Counted from the stretch's first letter, positions 8,601-16,931 are shown. The stretch: DNA of 32,000 nt from Puniceicoccaceae bacterium (GCA_018402305.1 JAGYJE010000013.1:50790-82789), one strand, 5' to 3'. Numbers and translations are program-made. The notes: a model not told the origin generated them from the sequence alone.

Positions 8601-11129
8601 GAGAGCGGAAAGTGCCTGAAGGTGCTCGAAGGGCATACAGGCGTGGTCAAGTCCCTAGTCATTACCGCAGATGGAAGGCGTGTCATTTCGGGGAGCTATG
8701 ACAATACCATTCGTGTTTGGGATTTGGAGGGCGGCGCTTGCCTGAAGGTGCTCGAGGGTCATACATGCGGTGTCAATACTATTGTCCTGAGAGCGGACGG
8801 AAGGCGTGTCATTTCGGGGAGCGATGACAATACCATTCGCGTGTGGGATTTGGAGAGTGGCGAGTGCCTAAAGGTATTCGAGGGGCATACGGGTGCGGTC
8901 GAATCACTCGTTCTGAGTGCGGATGGAAGGCGTGTTACTTCGGCGAGTTGCGACAATACCATTCGCGTGTGGGATGTGGATAGTGGCGAGTGTCTGAAGG
9001 AGTTAGACGTGCCGGCGGGTAAGTTTTTTTCGTCGATAACGTGTCTCGTGCTGAGCGCAGATGGAAGGCGTGTCATTTCGGGGAGCGGGGATCATACCAT
9101 TCGTGTTTGGGATTTGGAGAGTGGCGAGTGCACGAAGGTGCGGGAGAGGTATCCAGGTGCGTTCGTCCTGAGCGCGGATGGTAGGCGTGCCATTTCGATG
9201 AGGCACGGGGCTGGCCTTCGCATGTGGGATTTGCAGAGTGGCGAGTGCCTAAAGGTGCACGATGGGCATACGAGTAGGATCGAGTCCCTCGTCCTGAGTG
9301 CGGATGGCAAACGTGCCATTTCGATGATGTATGGGGATGCCCTTCGCATGTGGGATGTGGAAAGTGGTGAGTGCCTGAAGGTGTTTGAGGGGCATACAGT
9401 CGAGCTAACGAGTGGACCTCAGTATGCGAGCAATTGCCTTGTCCAAAGCGCGGATGGCAGGCTTGTCATTTCAGGGGACAGGGACGATACCATTCGCGTG
9501 TGGGATGTGGAGAACGGCGAGTGCCTGAAGGTGCTCCAGGGGCACTCGGATGGGGTTAAGTCCATCGTCCAGAGCGCGGATGGAAGGCGTGTCATTTGGG
9601 GGAGTAATGGGAATACCATTCGCGGGTGGGATGTAGAGAGCGGAGAGCATCTAGATTTTGACGGCTGGCATGCTGCTACAGTAAAGTCCCTCGCCCTCAG
9701 TGCGGATGGAGTGCGTGTTGTATCTGGTAGCAAAGACAAGACCATTCGCGTGTGGGATGTGGAGAGTGGGTCGTGCGTGGGGGTGTTCGAGGGGCATGCG
9801 GATGCGGTCGAGTCCCTCGTCATGAGCGCGGATGGAAGGCTTGTTGTATCGGGAAGCGGGGACCACACCCTGCGCGTGTGGGATTTAAGTAGGATGTGGG
9901 AGAGCAACGAGTGCGTGAAGGTGCTCGAAGGGCATGCAGGCGCGGTCAAGTCCCTCGTCCTTACCGCGGATGAAAAGTGTGTCATTTCGGGGAGTGAGGA
10001 CCATTCCATTCGTGTTTGGGATTTGGAGAGCGGAGAGTGCCTCAAGGTGCTTGAGGGGCATACGGGCGGAGTCGATCCTATGGTCCTGACCGCGGACGGA
10101 AAGCGTGTCATTTCGGGAGGTGAGGACCACACGCTGCGCGTGTGGGATTTGGAGAGTGGCGAGTGCCTGAAGATACTCGAGGGGCATACAAGTGGGGTCG
10201 AATCCCTCGTTCTGACCGCGGATGGAACGCGTGTCACTTCGGCGAGCTGGGACAATACCATTCGCGTGTGGGATGTGGAGAGTGGCGAGTGCCTGGAGGT
10301 GCTCGAAAGACATATGGATGGGGTCACATCCCTCGTTCTGACCGCAGACGGAAAGCGTATGGTATCGGGGAGTTGGAACCATTCCCTACGCTTCTGGGAT
10401 GTGGAGAGCGGCGAGTGCCTGAAGGTAATCGAGGGGCGTACGGATGGAATCAGGTCCCTCGTTCTGAGTGCGGACGGAAGGCGTATCGTTTCGGAGAGTC
10501 GGAACCACACCTTGCGCGTGTGGGATGTCGAGAATGGCGAGTGCCTGAAGGTGCTCGAGGGGTATATGGATGAGGTCAAATTCCTCGTCATAAGCGCGAA
10601 TGGCAAGACTGTTATATCGGGGCATAGAGATAAAATTCGCGTGTGGGATGTGGAGAGTGGAGTGTGCCTGAAGTCGCTAGAGGGGATGCGGCAAAAATGG
10701 ATCACGGATGAACCAACCGATCTCTTCGGGCTCTCCTCTGACACAGTCTATTCGTTCGTCGTGAGCGCGGATGGCAGAAGTGTTATATCGGGGTATAGCG
10801 ATAAGATTCGCGTGTGGAATGTAGAGAGTGGAGAGTGCCTGAAGGTGCTAGAGGGGCATATGGCTGAGGTCGAGTCCCTCGTCCTGAGTGCCGATGGAAG
10901 GCGCGTCATTTCGGGGAGTGACGACAGCACCTTGCGTGTGTGGGATCTCGATTCCGGGGAATGCTGTGGTGTATTTTTTGTGCGAGGTCATTCCTCCATA
11001 GCATTTCACTCGGGATCCGGGAGGTTGATTGTCGGTTTTTCGGATGGCCGCGTTGAGTTTTACAATATTCTGAGGCTTACACTTGACTCCTTCATTCCGC
11101 AGTCCGCGGATGAGGTCATACCTAATTAG
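5658..11129 (+). CDS. NLR-like protein: DUF4062-like N-terminal module + NACHT-type NTPase + helical linker + about 22 WD40 repeats (NWD1-like architecture)
   Basis: Uninterrupted 1823-aa ORF. The GTG start at 5658 is supported by the paralogue at 19030, which begins ATG with the identical MTTPSRTVRVF. The N-terminal module reads VRVFLSSTFRDFAEERDLLV..VDLRWGI..FIGLLGERYGW..GGKSVTELEILHGVL..FFYFRD. Walker A is VLVCGASGGGKSALLANW (G..S at 6423-6446) and Walker B is VFVLLLDALDKM. Conserved motifs LVASCL and GNPLFLRTLLEELRIFG follow. From about aa 787 there are repeated GHxxxVxSLVLSADGRRVISGSxDNTIRVWDLESGECLKVLE units. Confidence 0.9.
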   Translation: MTTPSRTVRVFLSSTFRDFAEERDLLVRKVFPELRRKCRERQVELVDVDLRWGITEEEAQQGKVLPICLAEIDRSRPYFIGLLGERYGWVPEKDLYDSSLLLDQPWLEEHRGGKSVTELEILHGVLNNPEMAGHAFFYFRDPAYSSRKGGDYLSDGEEERIRLAALKGRILRSGFPLVENYPGPEALAERVRDDLWKLIDKTFPESEVPDSLAQERMQHEGFASSRLGLYIGGECYLRALDAAISADPRKPVLVCGASGGGKSALLANWAQKYSLANPEAIVLTHFLATGADAAHSVNMVIRLLREISRMTGEELVLDGDPRRALPMLEEWLEKAGNFAHEKGGVFVLLLDALDKMTVHRDLDWWPKRLPEGVALVASCLDGGVRDSVMPKMEWTELRVSPLERSDCERFIREHLAKYRKSLTPQQTALVLGHPLCGNPLFLRTLLEELRIFGVHEELNLRLKHYTESVTIDDLFEKVLERVESDNSPESVRAALEVLWAAKESFAEDELLAVSGLPPAVWAPIHIALDESLIGAGRRLAFGHDYLRKAVEDRYLDTTEDRQRIQKCMAQLCAKAMVTGRKEISHYIRRHAVEHFLEAEDWDNAAGALSDLEFIEARAIAQELPSMLKDYAGAVKLLPEGEKQRQTEAARQAELDRYAKEMAEYAATWSRIRDGSGENEPILPQPPLQVRLWTREEIAAERKRMTEKPNRLDIVKAFRVFLATHATPLQKYATSRGFAAHLARNETPAGPVHDVGERLLESLDGIKLLRQYQTGETYNPLPACQAVLEGHMDEVNELVLSADGRRVISGSRDNTIRVWDLESGECLKVLGEAGLWNGVNRVLSVDGRHVVSSTLHTICVWDVESGECLKEFEHVWYYGHVRRAYYYDVTFFLLSTDGRRVISVSKGRMQNVRLCVWDVDSGECLKVLEGNTGAVKSLVLTADGKRVITESFFPAQGEWNQESKAFQEAERPSSSTLHVWDVESGKCLKVLEGHTGVVKSLVITADGRRVISGSYDNTIRVWDLEGGACLKVLEGHTCGVNTIVLRADGRRVISGSDDNTIRVWDLESGECLKVFEGHTGAVESLVLSADGRRVTSASCDNTIRVWDVDSGECLKELDVPAGKFFSSITCLVLSADGRRVISGSGDHTIRVWDLESGECTKVRERYPGAFVLSADGRRAISMRHGAGLRMWDLQSGECLKVHDGHTSRIESLVLSADGKRAISMMYGDALRMWDVESGECLKVFEGHTVELTSGPQYASNCLVQSADGRLVISGDRDDTIRVWDVENGECLKVLQGHSDGVKSIVQSADGRRVIWGSNGNTIRGWDVESGEHLDFDGWHAATVKSLALSADGVRVVSGSKDKTIRVWDVESGSCVGVFEGHADAVESLVMSADGRLVVSGSGDHTLRVWDLSRMWESNECVKVLEGHAGAVKSLVLTADEKCVISGSEDHSIRVWDLESGECLKVLEGHTGGVDPMVLTADGKRVISGGEDHTLRVWDLESGECLKILEGHTSGVESLVLTADGTRVTSASWDNTIRVWDVESGECLEVLERHMDGVTSLVLTADGKRMVSGSWNHSLRFWDVESGECLKVIEGRTDGIRSLVLSADGRRIVSESRNHTLRVWDVENGECLKVLEGYMDEVKFLVISANGKTVISGHRDKIRVWDVESGVCLKSLEGMRQKWITDEPTDLFGLSSDTVYSFVVSADGRSVISGYSDKIRVWNVESGECLKVLEGHMAEVESLVLSADGRRVISGSDDSTLRVWDLDSGECCGVFFVRGHSSIAFHSGSGRLIVGFSDGRVEFYNILRLTLDSFIPQSADEVIPN
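8016..11080 (+). repeat. Array of about 22 WD40-encoding units (mostly 126 bp) with near-identical scaffold nucleotides and localised variable codons
   Basis: Strings such as gatggaaggcgtgtcatttcggggagc and accattcgcgtgtgggat(g/t)tggagagtggcgagtgcctgaaggtgctcgagggg recur throughout. I counted 22 xVWDxxSGEC motifs in the translation. Some units carry insertions, for example FFPAQGEWNQESKAFQEAERPSSS and GMRQKWITDEPTDLFGLSSDTVYSF. Confidence 0.9.
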
Positions 11130-11170
11130 TTTTCTTGTCGTCCTTTTAAAATTCCTACAATATTTGCTCG

Positions 11171-11527
11171 ATGAAATTCAAAAAAATGTTCTTTTGCTGT
11201 GTTCCCCTTTTTCTGGGAATTGCGGATCTCGCCTCTGCGGCCGAGGCGATGACGGTCAGGATCAAGAGTGGTCGCATTCAGGAGTATGTGAACGGTTCGT
11301 TGAAGCGGAGCTACGGATCTAATCTCATCGATGCATCGACGGATGGCATCACAGTGGTGGGTGTCACCAAGGATGGTAAGGTCAAGGAGTATAAGAACGG
11401 CTCCCAGCGGCGTACGTTTGGCTCGAATGTGGTAAGGGTGCGGATCAGCGGTGGCACGGTATTTGCCGAACTCAAAAATGGCAAGACGGCCGAATACGTG
11501 AACGGCAGCCTTCGGCGCACTTTTTAA
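11171..11527 (+). CDS. Small secreted protein with three beta-hairpin-type repeats
   Basis: 118-aa ORF. The N-terminus MKFKKMFFCCVPLFLGIADLASAAEA looks like a signal peptide. Three repeats follow: GRIQEYVNGSLKRSYGSN, GKVKEYKNGSQRRTFGSN and GKTAEYVNGSLRRTF. It starts 41 nt after the WD40 gene stop. Confidence 0.6.
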   Translation: MKFKKMFFCCVPLFLGIADLASAAEAMTVRIKSGRIQEYVNGSLKRSYGSNLIDASTDGITVVGVTKDGKVKEYKNGSQRRTFGSNVVRVRISGGTVFAELKNGKTAEYVNGSLRRTF

Positions 11528-11555
11528 GTGTGAAACCATCATTCACGAACAGCAT

Positions 11556-12305
11556 ATGAAAAAAGCTTTTTTAATTACGGTCCCCATTCTGTTGATGGGT
11601 GGGGCGATACTGGTAACCAGCCATTTCAGCAAAAATCCGGAGCGTAATCTGGAAGTGGGCAAAACTTACGAAATTTGGTTGAAGGAGGCAGAGGTAACTC
11701 CTCTCGATCGCAATGGCGAAAAGTGGGATACCGATGGCAGTGCTCCTGACCTGCGCGGCATGATGAGCTGGCAGGGGCAGGTGGTTCTTCAAACAGTTGA
11801 AGCTTCGGACGGGCTGATCGCTCGGTGGAGCGATACAGCGGTCAGTGCATCGCAGGCCCTCAAGGGTGAGGTTGATACCCAATCCCTGCAAAGGGTGGGG
11901 CGTTTCAGAATGGATTCGAAAGGGTTCATCGAAATCGGCATTTTTGATGGTGATCTTGTCTCGTTTTCATTCGCAGGTGGATTTCGCATTCCGCTCTCCT
12001 CACTGAGGCTTGGGCACAATCGTGTGGATGGGAGTGGTGCTTTGAAGACAGTCGCGTTTCGGGTTTCGGAAAGCGACTCTCTTGAAGAGGATCATGGGTC
12101 AAATGCCGAGTGGAAATTGACGAATGGGGTGCTGGAGCTGATACAAGCGCCCGAGGCCATGAAGAGTGCCTCGGAGAGGCTTGTTGAACAGGCAGGTAAA
12201 TACACCGACAAGATCACTGACGAACTTCAAAAACAGGGCGAAGCATTGGGCGAGGAATTGGAGAAGGGCGTGAATGAGGCCATGAAGAACCTGAAGTTCA
12301 AGTGA
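11556..12305 (+). CDS. Membrane-anchored hypothetical protein (N-terminal TM, beta-rich middle, C-terminal amphipathic helix)
   Basis: 249-aa ORF. The N-terminus MKKAFLITVPILLMGGAILVTS is hydrophobic. The C-terminus ERLVEQAGKYTDKITDELQKQGEALGEELEKGVNEAMKNLKFK appears helical and charged. It starts 28 nt after the previous gene, and its stop overlaps the next gene's GTG. Confidence 0.6.
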   Translation: MKKAFLITVPILLMGGAILVTSHFSKNPERNLEVGKTYEIWLKEAEVTPLDRNGEKWDTDGSAPDLRGMMSWQGQVVLQTVEASDGLIARWSDTAVSASQALKGEVDTQSLQRVGRFRMDSKGFIEIGIFDGDLVSFSFAGGFRIPLSSLRLGHNRVDGSGALKTVAFRVSESDSLEEDHGSNAEWKLTNGVLELIQAPEAMKSASERLVEQAGKYTDKITDELQKQGEALGEELEKGVNEAMKNLKFK

Positions 12306-12799
12306 GCAGAGAGAGAAAATTTGCTGCGGTTCTGGTAATTCTTTCCTGCCTAGCTTTTGGCATGGCGCTGGTTTTTCCATTGTTTTCGATTCACCCGGCA
12401 GCTGGTCGCTGGACGGGCTTGGCCAAACTACTGGCTTCCGACCAGTTTGCATCCCGATCGTTTACCTTGATCGGCGGTATCATCATTCTGTGGAAGGAAA
12501 ATGAACGCATTCTTGCAGTCTTGATGGGCTTGATTTCGCTTGTCTTGCCGGCACTCAAGCTCTCCGTGCTATGGTGGGAAATTTTGCACCTCTCATCTCT
12601 CCCGGAAAGATTTTTGGCTTTTGTTCAAGCAGTCTCGCGCTACGCAATGGTGGAGGTTTTGCTCATTGCTCTGCTCGTCCTTGTGGTAAAAGGAATGCCG
12701 GGCGGCAGTGAATTCAAAATTCACGCCGGCACATGGTATTTTACCGCATCGGTGATTTTAAGTCTTTTTGCGAGCAGATGGGCGCTTGGTTCAAAGTGA
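12302..12799 (+). CDS. PqiA-like (paraquat-inducible protein A family) single-domain integral membrane protein
   Basis: 165-aa ORF with a GTG start at 12302 that overlaps the upstream stop (GTGA). It has four hydrophobic segments. The motif SLVLPALKLSVLWW....VSRYAMVEVLLIALLVLVVK....GTWYFTASVILSLFAS resembles the PqiA-domain pattern (P..K....; grWSMlDVFvvAlLValvK; G.w.F...Vil). Confidence 0.55.
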   Translation: MSRERKFAAVLVILSCLAFGMALVFPLFSIHPAAGRWTGLAKLLASDQFASRSFTLIGGIIILWKENERILAVLMGLISLVLPALKLSVLWWEILHLSSLPERFLAFVQAVSRYAMVEVLLIALLVLVVKGMPGGSEFKIHAGTWYFTASVILSLFASRWALGSK

Positions 12800-13237
12800 G
12801 AGCCTGTTGCACCCGATCTAACTTGCAAACGCTTCCGTCCAGAGCTATTTCGGTTTGAGTAATTTCAGTATTCAGCCTTGGGCGGCACCTGACAGAAACA
12901 TGCAAACCATCACGATCAATTCCTTCGCCGGCCAAACCCAAGGCAAAATCCGGGGCTGGGAATCAAGTCCCTTCACTTGCCAAAAAGCCACCATGAAAGA
13001 AATCTTGGCAGAGCGGCTTGAAGAGATAAAATCACGAAAAATGGAAATCGCCGTGAAATCCCCACCCCCTCCTTTTCCTCGCCCTCCGGCATGGCCAATG
13101 GCTCTTTCAGAGCCTCCGGCAGGAAGCAAACACCTAGCAGCCAAAATTCTTGTGCCTTTTTATTGACGTCAGCTTTCACAAAATCATTTTACTTAGACAA
13201 CATTAATTTAGAATCAAAAACTCAACAATCATAGACT

Positions 13238-13609
13238 ATGGAAATCAGAAAAGGAACGGGTTCAAGCGTGCTCTTAAACATCAGAGGGGATGAAATCAGA
13301 GAAGGAACGGGATCAAAAACTCTGCTTAATATCAGAGGAGACGTAATCAGGGAAGGGACTGGCTCGTCCGTAATCATGAATCTCCGTGGAAATGATATTC
13401 GAAAAGAAACCGGTTCATCAACTTTATACAACATCAGAGGAGACGAACTTCGAAAGGGAACTGGAAGCACTGTTCTTTTCAATATTCAAGACGAAGATAT
13501 AAGAAAAGGAACTGGATCGACCGTATTATACAATACAAAAGGTGGTCGTCTTGGAGGAATTCAATTAGCAGCTGTTCTATATGCGCTAAGAGAGATTCAA
13601 GCTCATTGA
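13238..13609 (+). CDS. Small cytoplasmic repeat protein, six 17-aa beta-hairpin-type repeats (IRGDEIRKGTGSSVLxN)
   Basis: 123-aa ORF in an AT-rich islet. It contains six tandem units: EIRKGTGSSVLLN, IRGDEIREGTGSKTLLN, IRGDVIREGTGSSVIMN, LRGNDIRKETGSSTLYN, IRGDELRKGTGSTVLFN and IQDEDIRKGTGSTVLYN. There is no signal peptide. The periodic amino-acid conservation argues for real coding. Confidence 0.6.
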   Translation: MEIRKGTGSSVLLNIRGDEIREGTGSKTLLNIRGDVIREGTGSSVIMNLRGNDIRKETGSSTLYNIRGDELRKGTGSTVLFNIQDEDIRKGTGSTVLYNTKGGRLGGIQLAAVLYALREIQAH

Positions 13610-13882
13610 ATGTTCATCTTGGGTTCAATCCGGAAACGTAACGGTTCGGAATAGAGTAGATCAGGGCTGACCGAAAAACTCAGGGGATCCAGCGCGGAGA
13701 TGTAAAACTTGACTGGTATCGGACACTTGAACATTGGCGCAGCGGATTTGGTTCCTATGTCTGGCGGCCTTTGCTCACTGCCTGCGCCGAGGACTGCTGG
13801 GGGATTCTCACGGCGGAGGTTAAATAAAACTGCATGATAGTTGTTACATCAAAATCAACAAACAGAAAAGAAAATCAAAATT

Positions 13883-14311
13883 ATGACGCCATCAGAAATA
13901 ACTGAAAAAGTTACAAAAATATTGAGCGATATCATCGAAGCCAATGTCGAATCCTTTCGTAGAGATGACTCCTACAAGGTAAGACCGGATTATGGATACT
14001 CTAAATACTACCTCGATTGGATCGACGGCAGTTACGACATGAGTCTTCAAAGCCTTATCCATCACATCATGCACGAAGAAGGGATCTACAAGGCCATACT
14101 TAATGAAAAGCAATTCAAAGATTTGGAGGAAATGATCAAGTGCACACCTGAAGGGATCTACAGTCCTGACGATGAGGACGAGGACTACGAACGCATTCAA
14201 TACGAAATTCTGGATACTGTTTACTTTGAATCAGTAAAATTCGTAGGTAGCAAATTGATCGAGAATGGTTTTGATGTGAAGGATACGTTTTCAGAATACT
14301 TGAATGCTTAA
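13883..14311 (+). CDS. Hypothetical acidic protein (142 aa)
   Basis: The ORF 13841-14311 begins at TTG; the first ATG is at 13883 (MTPSEITEKV...). It is Asp/Glu-rich (SPDDEDEDYERIQYEILD) and AT-rich. I recognise no domain. Confidence 0.5.
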   Translation: MTPSEITEKVTKILSDIIEANVESFRRDDSYKVRPDYGYSKYYLDWIDGSYDMSLQSLIHHIMHEEGIYKAILNEKQFKDLEEMIKCTPEGIYSPDDEDEDYERIQYEILDTVYFESVKFVGSKLIENGFDVKDTFSEYLNA

Positions 14312-14460
14312 TGGTGAGGATGTCTATAGTCACCAGTGCCGCTATCGATTGGCGAAGTTGAGTTTATTTAACTGATTCCACATCATATCCCAATTTCCCG
14401 ACGTGGTTGATAAATGTGGCTTCCATCCGAGACTTCATCCAAACCTTGTAAATTTTACCA

Positions 14461-16923
14461 ATGCCCACTCCATCCCGACTCGTCCGCGTCTTTATCAGCT
14501 CCACCTTCCGCGATTTCATCCAGGAGCGGGACGAGTTGGTGAAGAAGGTGTTCCCCGAGCTTCGGCGTCGGGCGAAGGAGCGTTTTGTGGAAATTTTGGA
14601 GGTGGATCTGCGCTGGGGGATTACCGAGGAGCAGGCGAAGGGGGGCGAGACTTTGCGCATTTGTCTTGAGGAAATCGATCGGTGCCGACCGAGCGCACCG
14701 GTCTTCTTCATTGGATTGCTGGGCGAGCGTTACGGATGGATTCCGGAGAAAGACTACTTCAAGCCCGATGTTTTGGAGGATCCCAAGCTGGGATGGGTCA
14801 AAGAGCACATTGTCGAGGGCAAGAGCGTGACCGAACTTGAGATTCTGCACGGTGTCTTGCGCAATGATGAGATGCGCGACAAGGCATACTTCTACTTCCG
14901 TCAGGACGGCTACGAGCAGAGGCACTGGAGCAAGATCGAGAAGCATCACGCCGCCGCGAACCCTCCGATCACCCGGGAGGATTTTACCAATGCCAAATCA
15001 GAAAATCCCGAGGCCGATGAGGAGAAGCAGCGGGATCTGAAGCGCCGGATTCGCGATACCTCCTTGCAGTGGGATCCCAAAGACTACGAGACGCCGGAGG
15101 ATCTTGCCGCACTGGTCGCATCGGATCTTTGGGATGCCATCGATCGTTTGTTTCCGATCAGCGCTGTTCCGGATGCGCTCGAACGCGAGAGTCTCGAGCA
15201 CCGCGTGTTCATGGAGAGTCGCACCCGGGCGTATGTTGAGCGGGAAGGGCTTTTTGAGAAACTGGACGAATTTTTCCTCCTGCCCAACCAGGCATTCAGG
15301 CAGGAAACTTCAGCAGATGAAGCCGAACAGGAAGAGGAAGATGAACCGGATTCCGCACCCACTCCCCCGTCTGTCCGCGTTGTCCTGGGTGAGTCGGGTA
15401 GCGGCAAAAGCGCGCTGCTTGCCGCATGGCTGAAGCGTCGGGATGAGGATGTGGCGTTTTTTCATTTCGTAGGATCGACTCCATCGAGCGTCTCCGCATC
15501 CTCTTTATTGCGGCGCATGCTTGCCACGTTGCGCAGCAGGGGAGTCGTGCCGGCTTCCGAGGCGATTCCTCATGCTGACGAGGCAATGGCCGAGCTGCTT
15601 CCTTTTTGGCTGGAGAAGCTATCGGAGCGGGGCGGGGGCATCCTGCTGTTTGATGCGGTCAACCAGCTCGGCTCGGCGCGCGACCGCGAGCTTTGGTGGT
15701 GGCCGGACAAATGGCCGGAAAACATTCGTGTCGTTTTCAGCACGCTGCCGGGTGACTCACTCCGTGCGATGGAAAAGCGCGGTTGGAAGGGCGAAGAGTT
15801 CGTGTTGCGCATTCCGCCATTCCAGCCCGAAGAGAAGCGCGAAATGATCAACCGTTACATGAAGGATCTGTTCGCCCGCGAGATGGAGGCGAACCTTCAA
15901 CAACTCATCCTAAACGCACCGCAGACTTCCAACCCACTCTTCCTGCGCACCGTGCTTGATGAATTGCGCGTGCGCTCGGCCTTCGGCACGCTCGAGAAAG
16001 ACCTCGATGAGATGCTGAGTTGTCCTGACCCAGCGGCACTCTTCGTCCATGTGTTGAAAAATCTTGAACGGGATTTCTCTCCTCCTGAGCATCCGGATCT
16101 GGTTCATCGCGCTCTTGGTTTGATGGGAGTGGCTTTGCGCGGACTTTCCGAAAACGAAATCCTGCAGCTTCTCTCCGCGTCGCCCTATCCTTCTGGCGAG
16201 CCTCTTCCGCGGCACTACTGGGCACCTCTCTATCTCGCTCTGGAGGAGTCACTGGTAAGCCGCGAGGGACAACTGAGCTTCTTCCACGATTACCTGCGCT
16301 CTGCCATCTGGCGTGAATATCTCGACGAGGACCACGAGCTTGAGACAGCCCATGCCAGACTTGCTGAGACCGTCACCCGCTGGCGGGAGCCGGATGCCTT
16401 CGGATCAAGCCTCCGCGCCTATGGCTTCGAATACGGGATCCGCCATTTGCTTGACATACGGCGGGTCGATGATGCCACGGATATGATTTTGGATCAAAAC
16501 TACCGCCGCCGGGCTGTCGAAAGCACCAGGCAGGCATCCGCAATCGAGGAGGATGTCTCTCGCCTTCGGCGTGCAGTGGCTTTACAGGCAAATTTCAGTC
16601 ACGAAGTGGCTGCCTTGCTTACCATCCAGGCTCTCGTCGGAAAAACGGAACCCGAGTGCCATCTGCGTAGCCGACTCGATGCAGCCGCTGCCAGCGGAGA
16701 TTGGGAGGAGGCTCTCGGAATTGCCGGTGCTCAGGAGGACAATTCACTCCGCATCCTTCTCGCCTGCCGGGCGCTGCTCCAGTCCCCGGGTGTTCTTTCC
16801 GAAATCCAGAGTGGCCAGATCAGCGACGTCACCCATCGTTGGGCAAAAGCCACAGGCAAGCCCGAGTGGGAAGAAGCAATCCACCTGGTGCTTGAAGTCA
16901 AATCACAACCCTCATCCCCATAA
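14461..16923 (+). CDS. NLR-like protein: DUF4062-like N-terminal module + NACHT-type NTPase + alpha-helical C-terminus, with no repeat sensor domain
   Basis: 820-aa ORF. The N-terminus reads MPTPSRLVRVFISSTFRDFIQERDELV..VDLRWGITE..FFIGLLGERYGW..GKSVTELEILHGVL..YFYFRQ. Walker A is VVLGESGSGKSALLAAW and Walker B is ILLFDAVNQL. The motifs IRVVFSTLPGD and SNPLFLRTVLDELRV follow. No WD40, TPR, LRR or HEAT periodicity is visible in the last about 300 aa. Confidence 0.9.
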   Translation: MPTPSRLVRVFISSTFRDFIQERDELVKKVFPELRRRAKERFVEILEVDLRWGITEEQAKGGETLRICLEEIDRCRPSAPVFFIGLLGERYGWIPEKDYFKPDVLEDPKLGWVKEHIVEGKSVTELEILHGVLRNDEMRDKAYFYFRQDGYEQRHWSKIEKHHAAANPPITREDFTNAKSENPEADEEKQRDLKRRIRDTSLQWDPKDYETPEDLAALVASDLWDAIDRLFPISAVPDALERESLEHRVFMESRTRAYVEREGLFEKLDEFFLLPNQAFRQETSADEAEQEEEDEPDSAPTPPSVRVVLGESGSGKSALLAAWLKRRDEDVAFFHFVGSTPSSVSASSLLRRMLATLRSRGVVPASEAIPHADEAMAELLPFWLEKLSERGGGILLFDAVNQLGSARDRELWWWPDKWPENIRVVFSTLPGDSLRAMEKRGWKGEEFVLRIPPFQPEEKREMINRYMKDLFAREMEANLQQLILNAPQTSNPLFLRTVLDELRVRSAFGTLEKDLDEMLSCPDPAALFVHVLKNLERDFSPPEHPDLVHRALGLMGVALRGLSENEILQLLSASPYPSGEPLPRHYWAPLYLALEESLVSREGQLSFFHDYLRSAIWREYLDEDHELETAHARLAETVTRWREPDAFGSSLRAYGFEYGIRHLLDIRRVDDATDMILDQNYRRRAVESTRQASAIEEDVSRLRRAVALQANFSHEVAALLTIQALVGKTEPECHLRSRLDAAAASGDWEEALGIAGAQEDNSLRILLACRALLQSPGVLSEIQSGQISDVTHRWAKATGKPEWEEAIHLVLEVKSQPSSP

Positions 16924-16931
16924 ATTCCGCC

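Noticed and set aside
9419-10744. A 441-aa ORF on the minus strand, plus several 60-165-aa minus-strand ORFs between 7900 and 10950, all antisense to the WD40 array.
   Set aside because: Their translations are periodic low-complexity mirrors of the WD40 repeats (SHTRMVLS..LPSALRT.. repeated). They have no independent motifs and lie entirely inside a well-supported 1823-aa gene. They are shadow ORFs created by the repeat structure.
12993-13166. A small ORF MKEILAERLEEIKSRKMEIAVKSPPPPFPRPP... (57 aa, within ORF 12855-13166) in the gap after the PqiA-like gene.
   Set aside because: It has no recognisable motif, a proline-rich low-complexity tail, and competing antisense ORFs of similar length (12872-13144, 12973-13179). 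The evidence is not enough to call it a gene.
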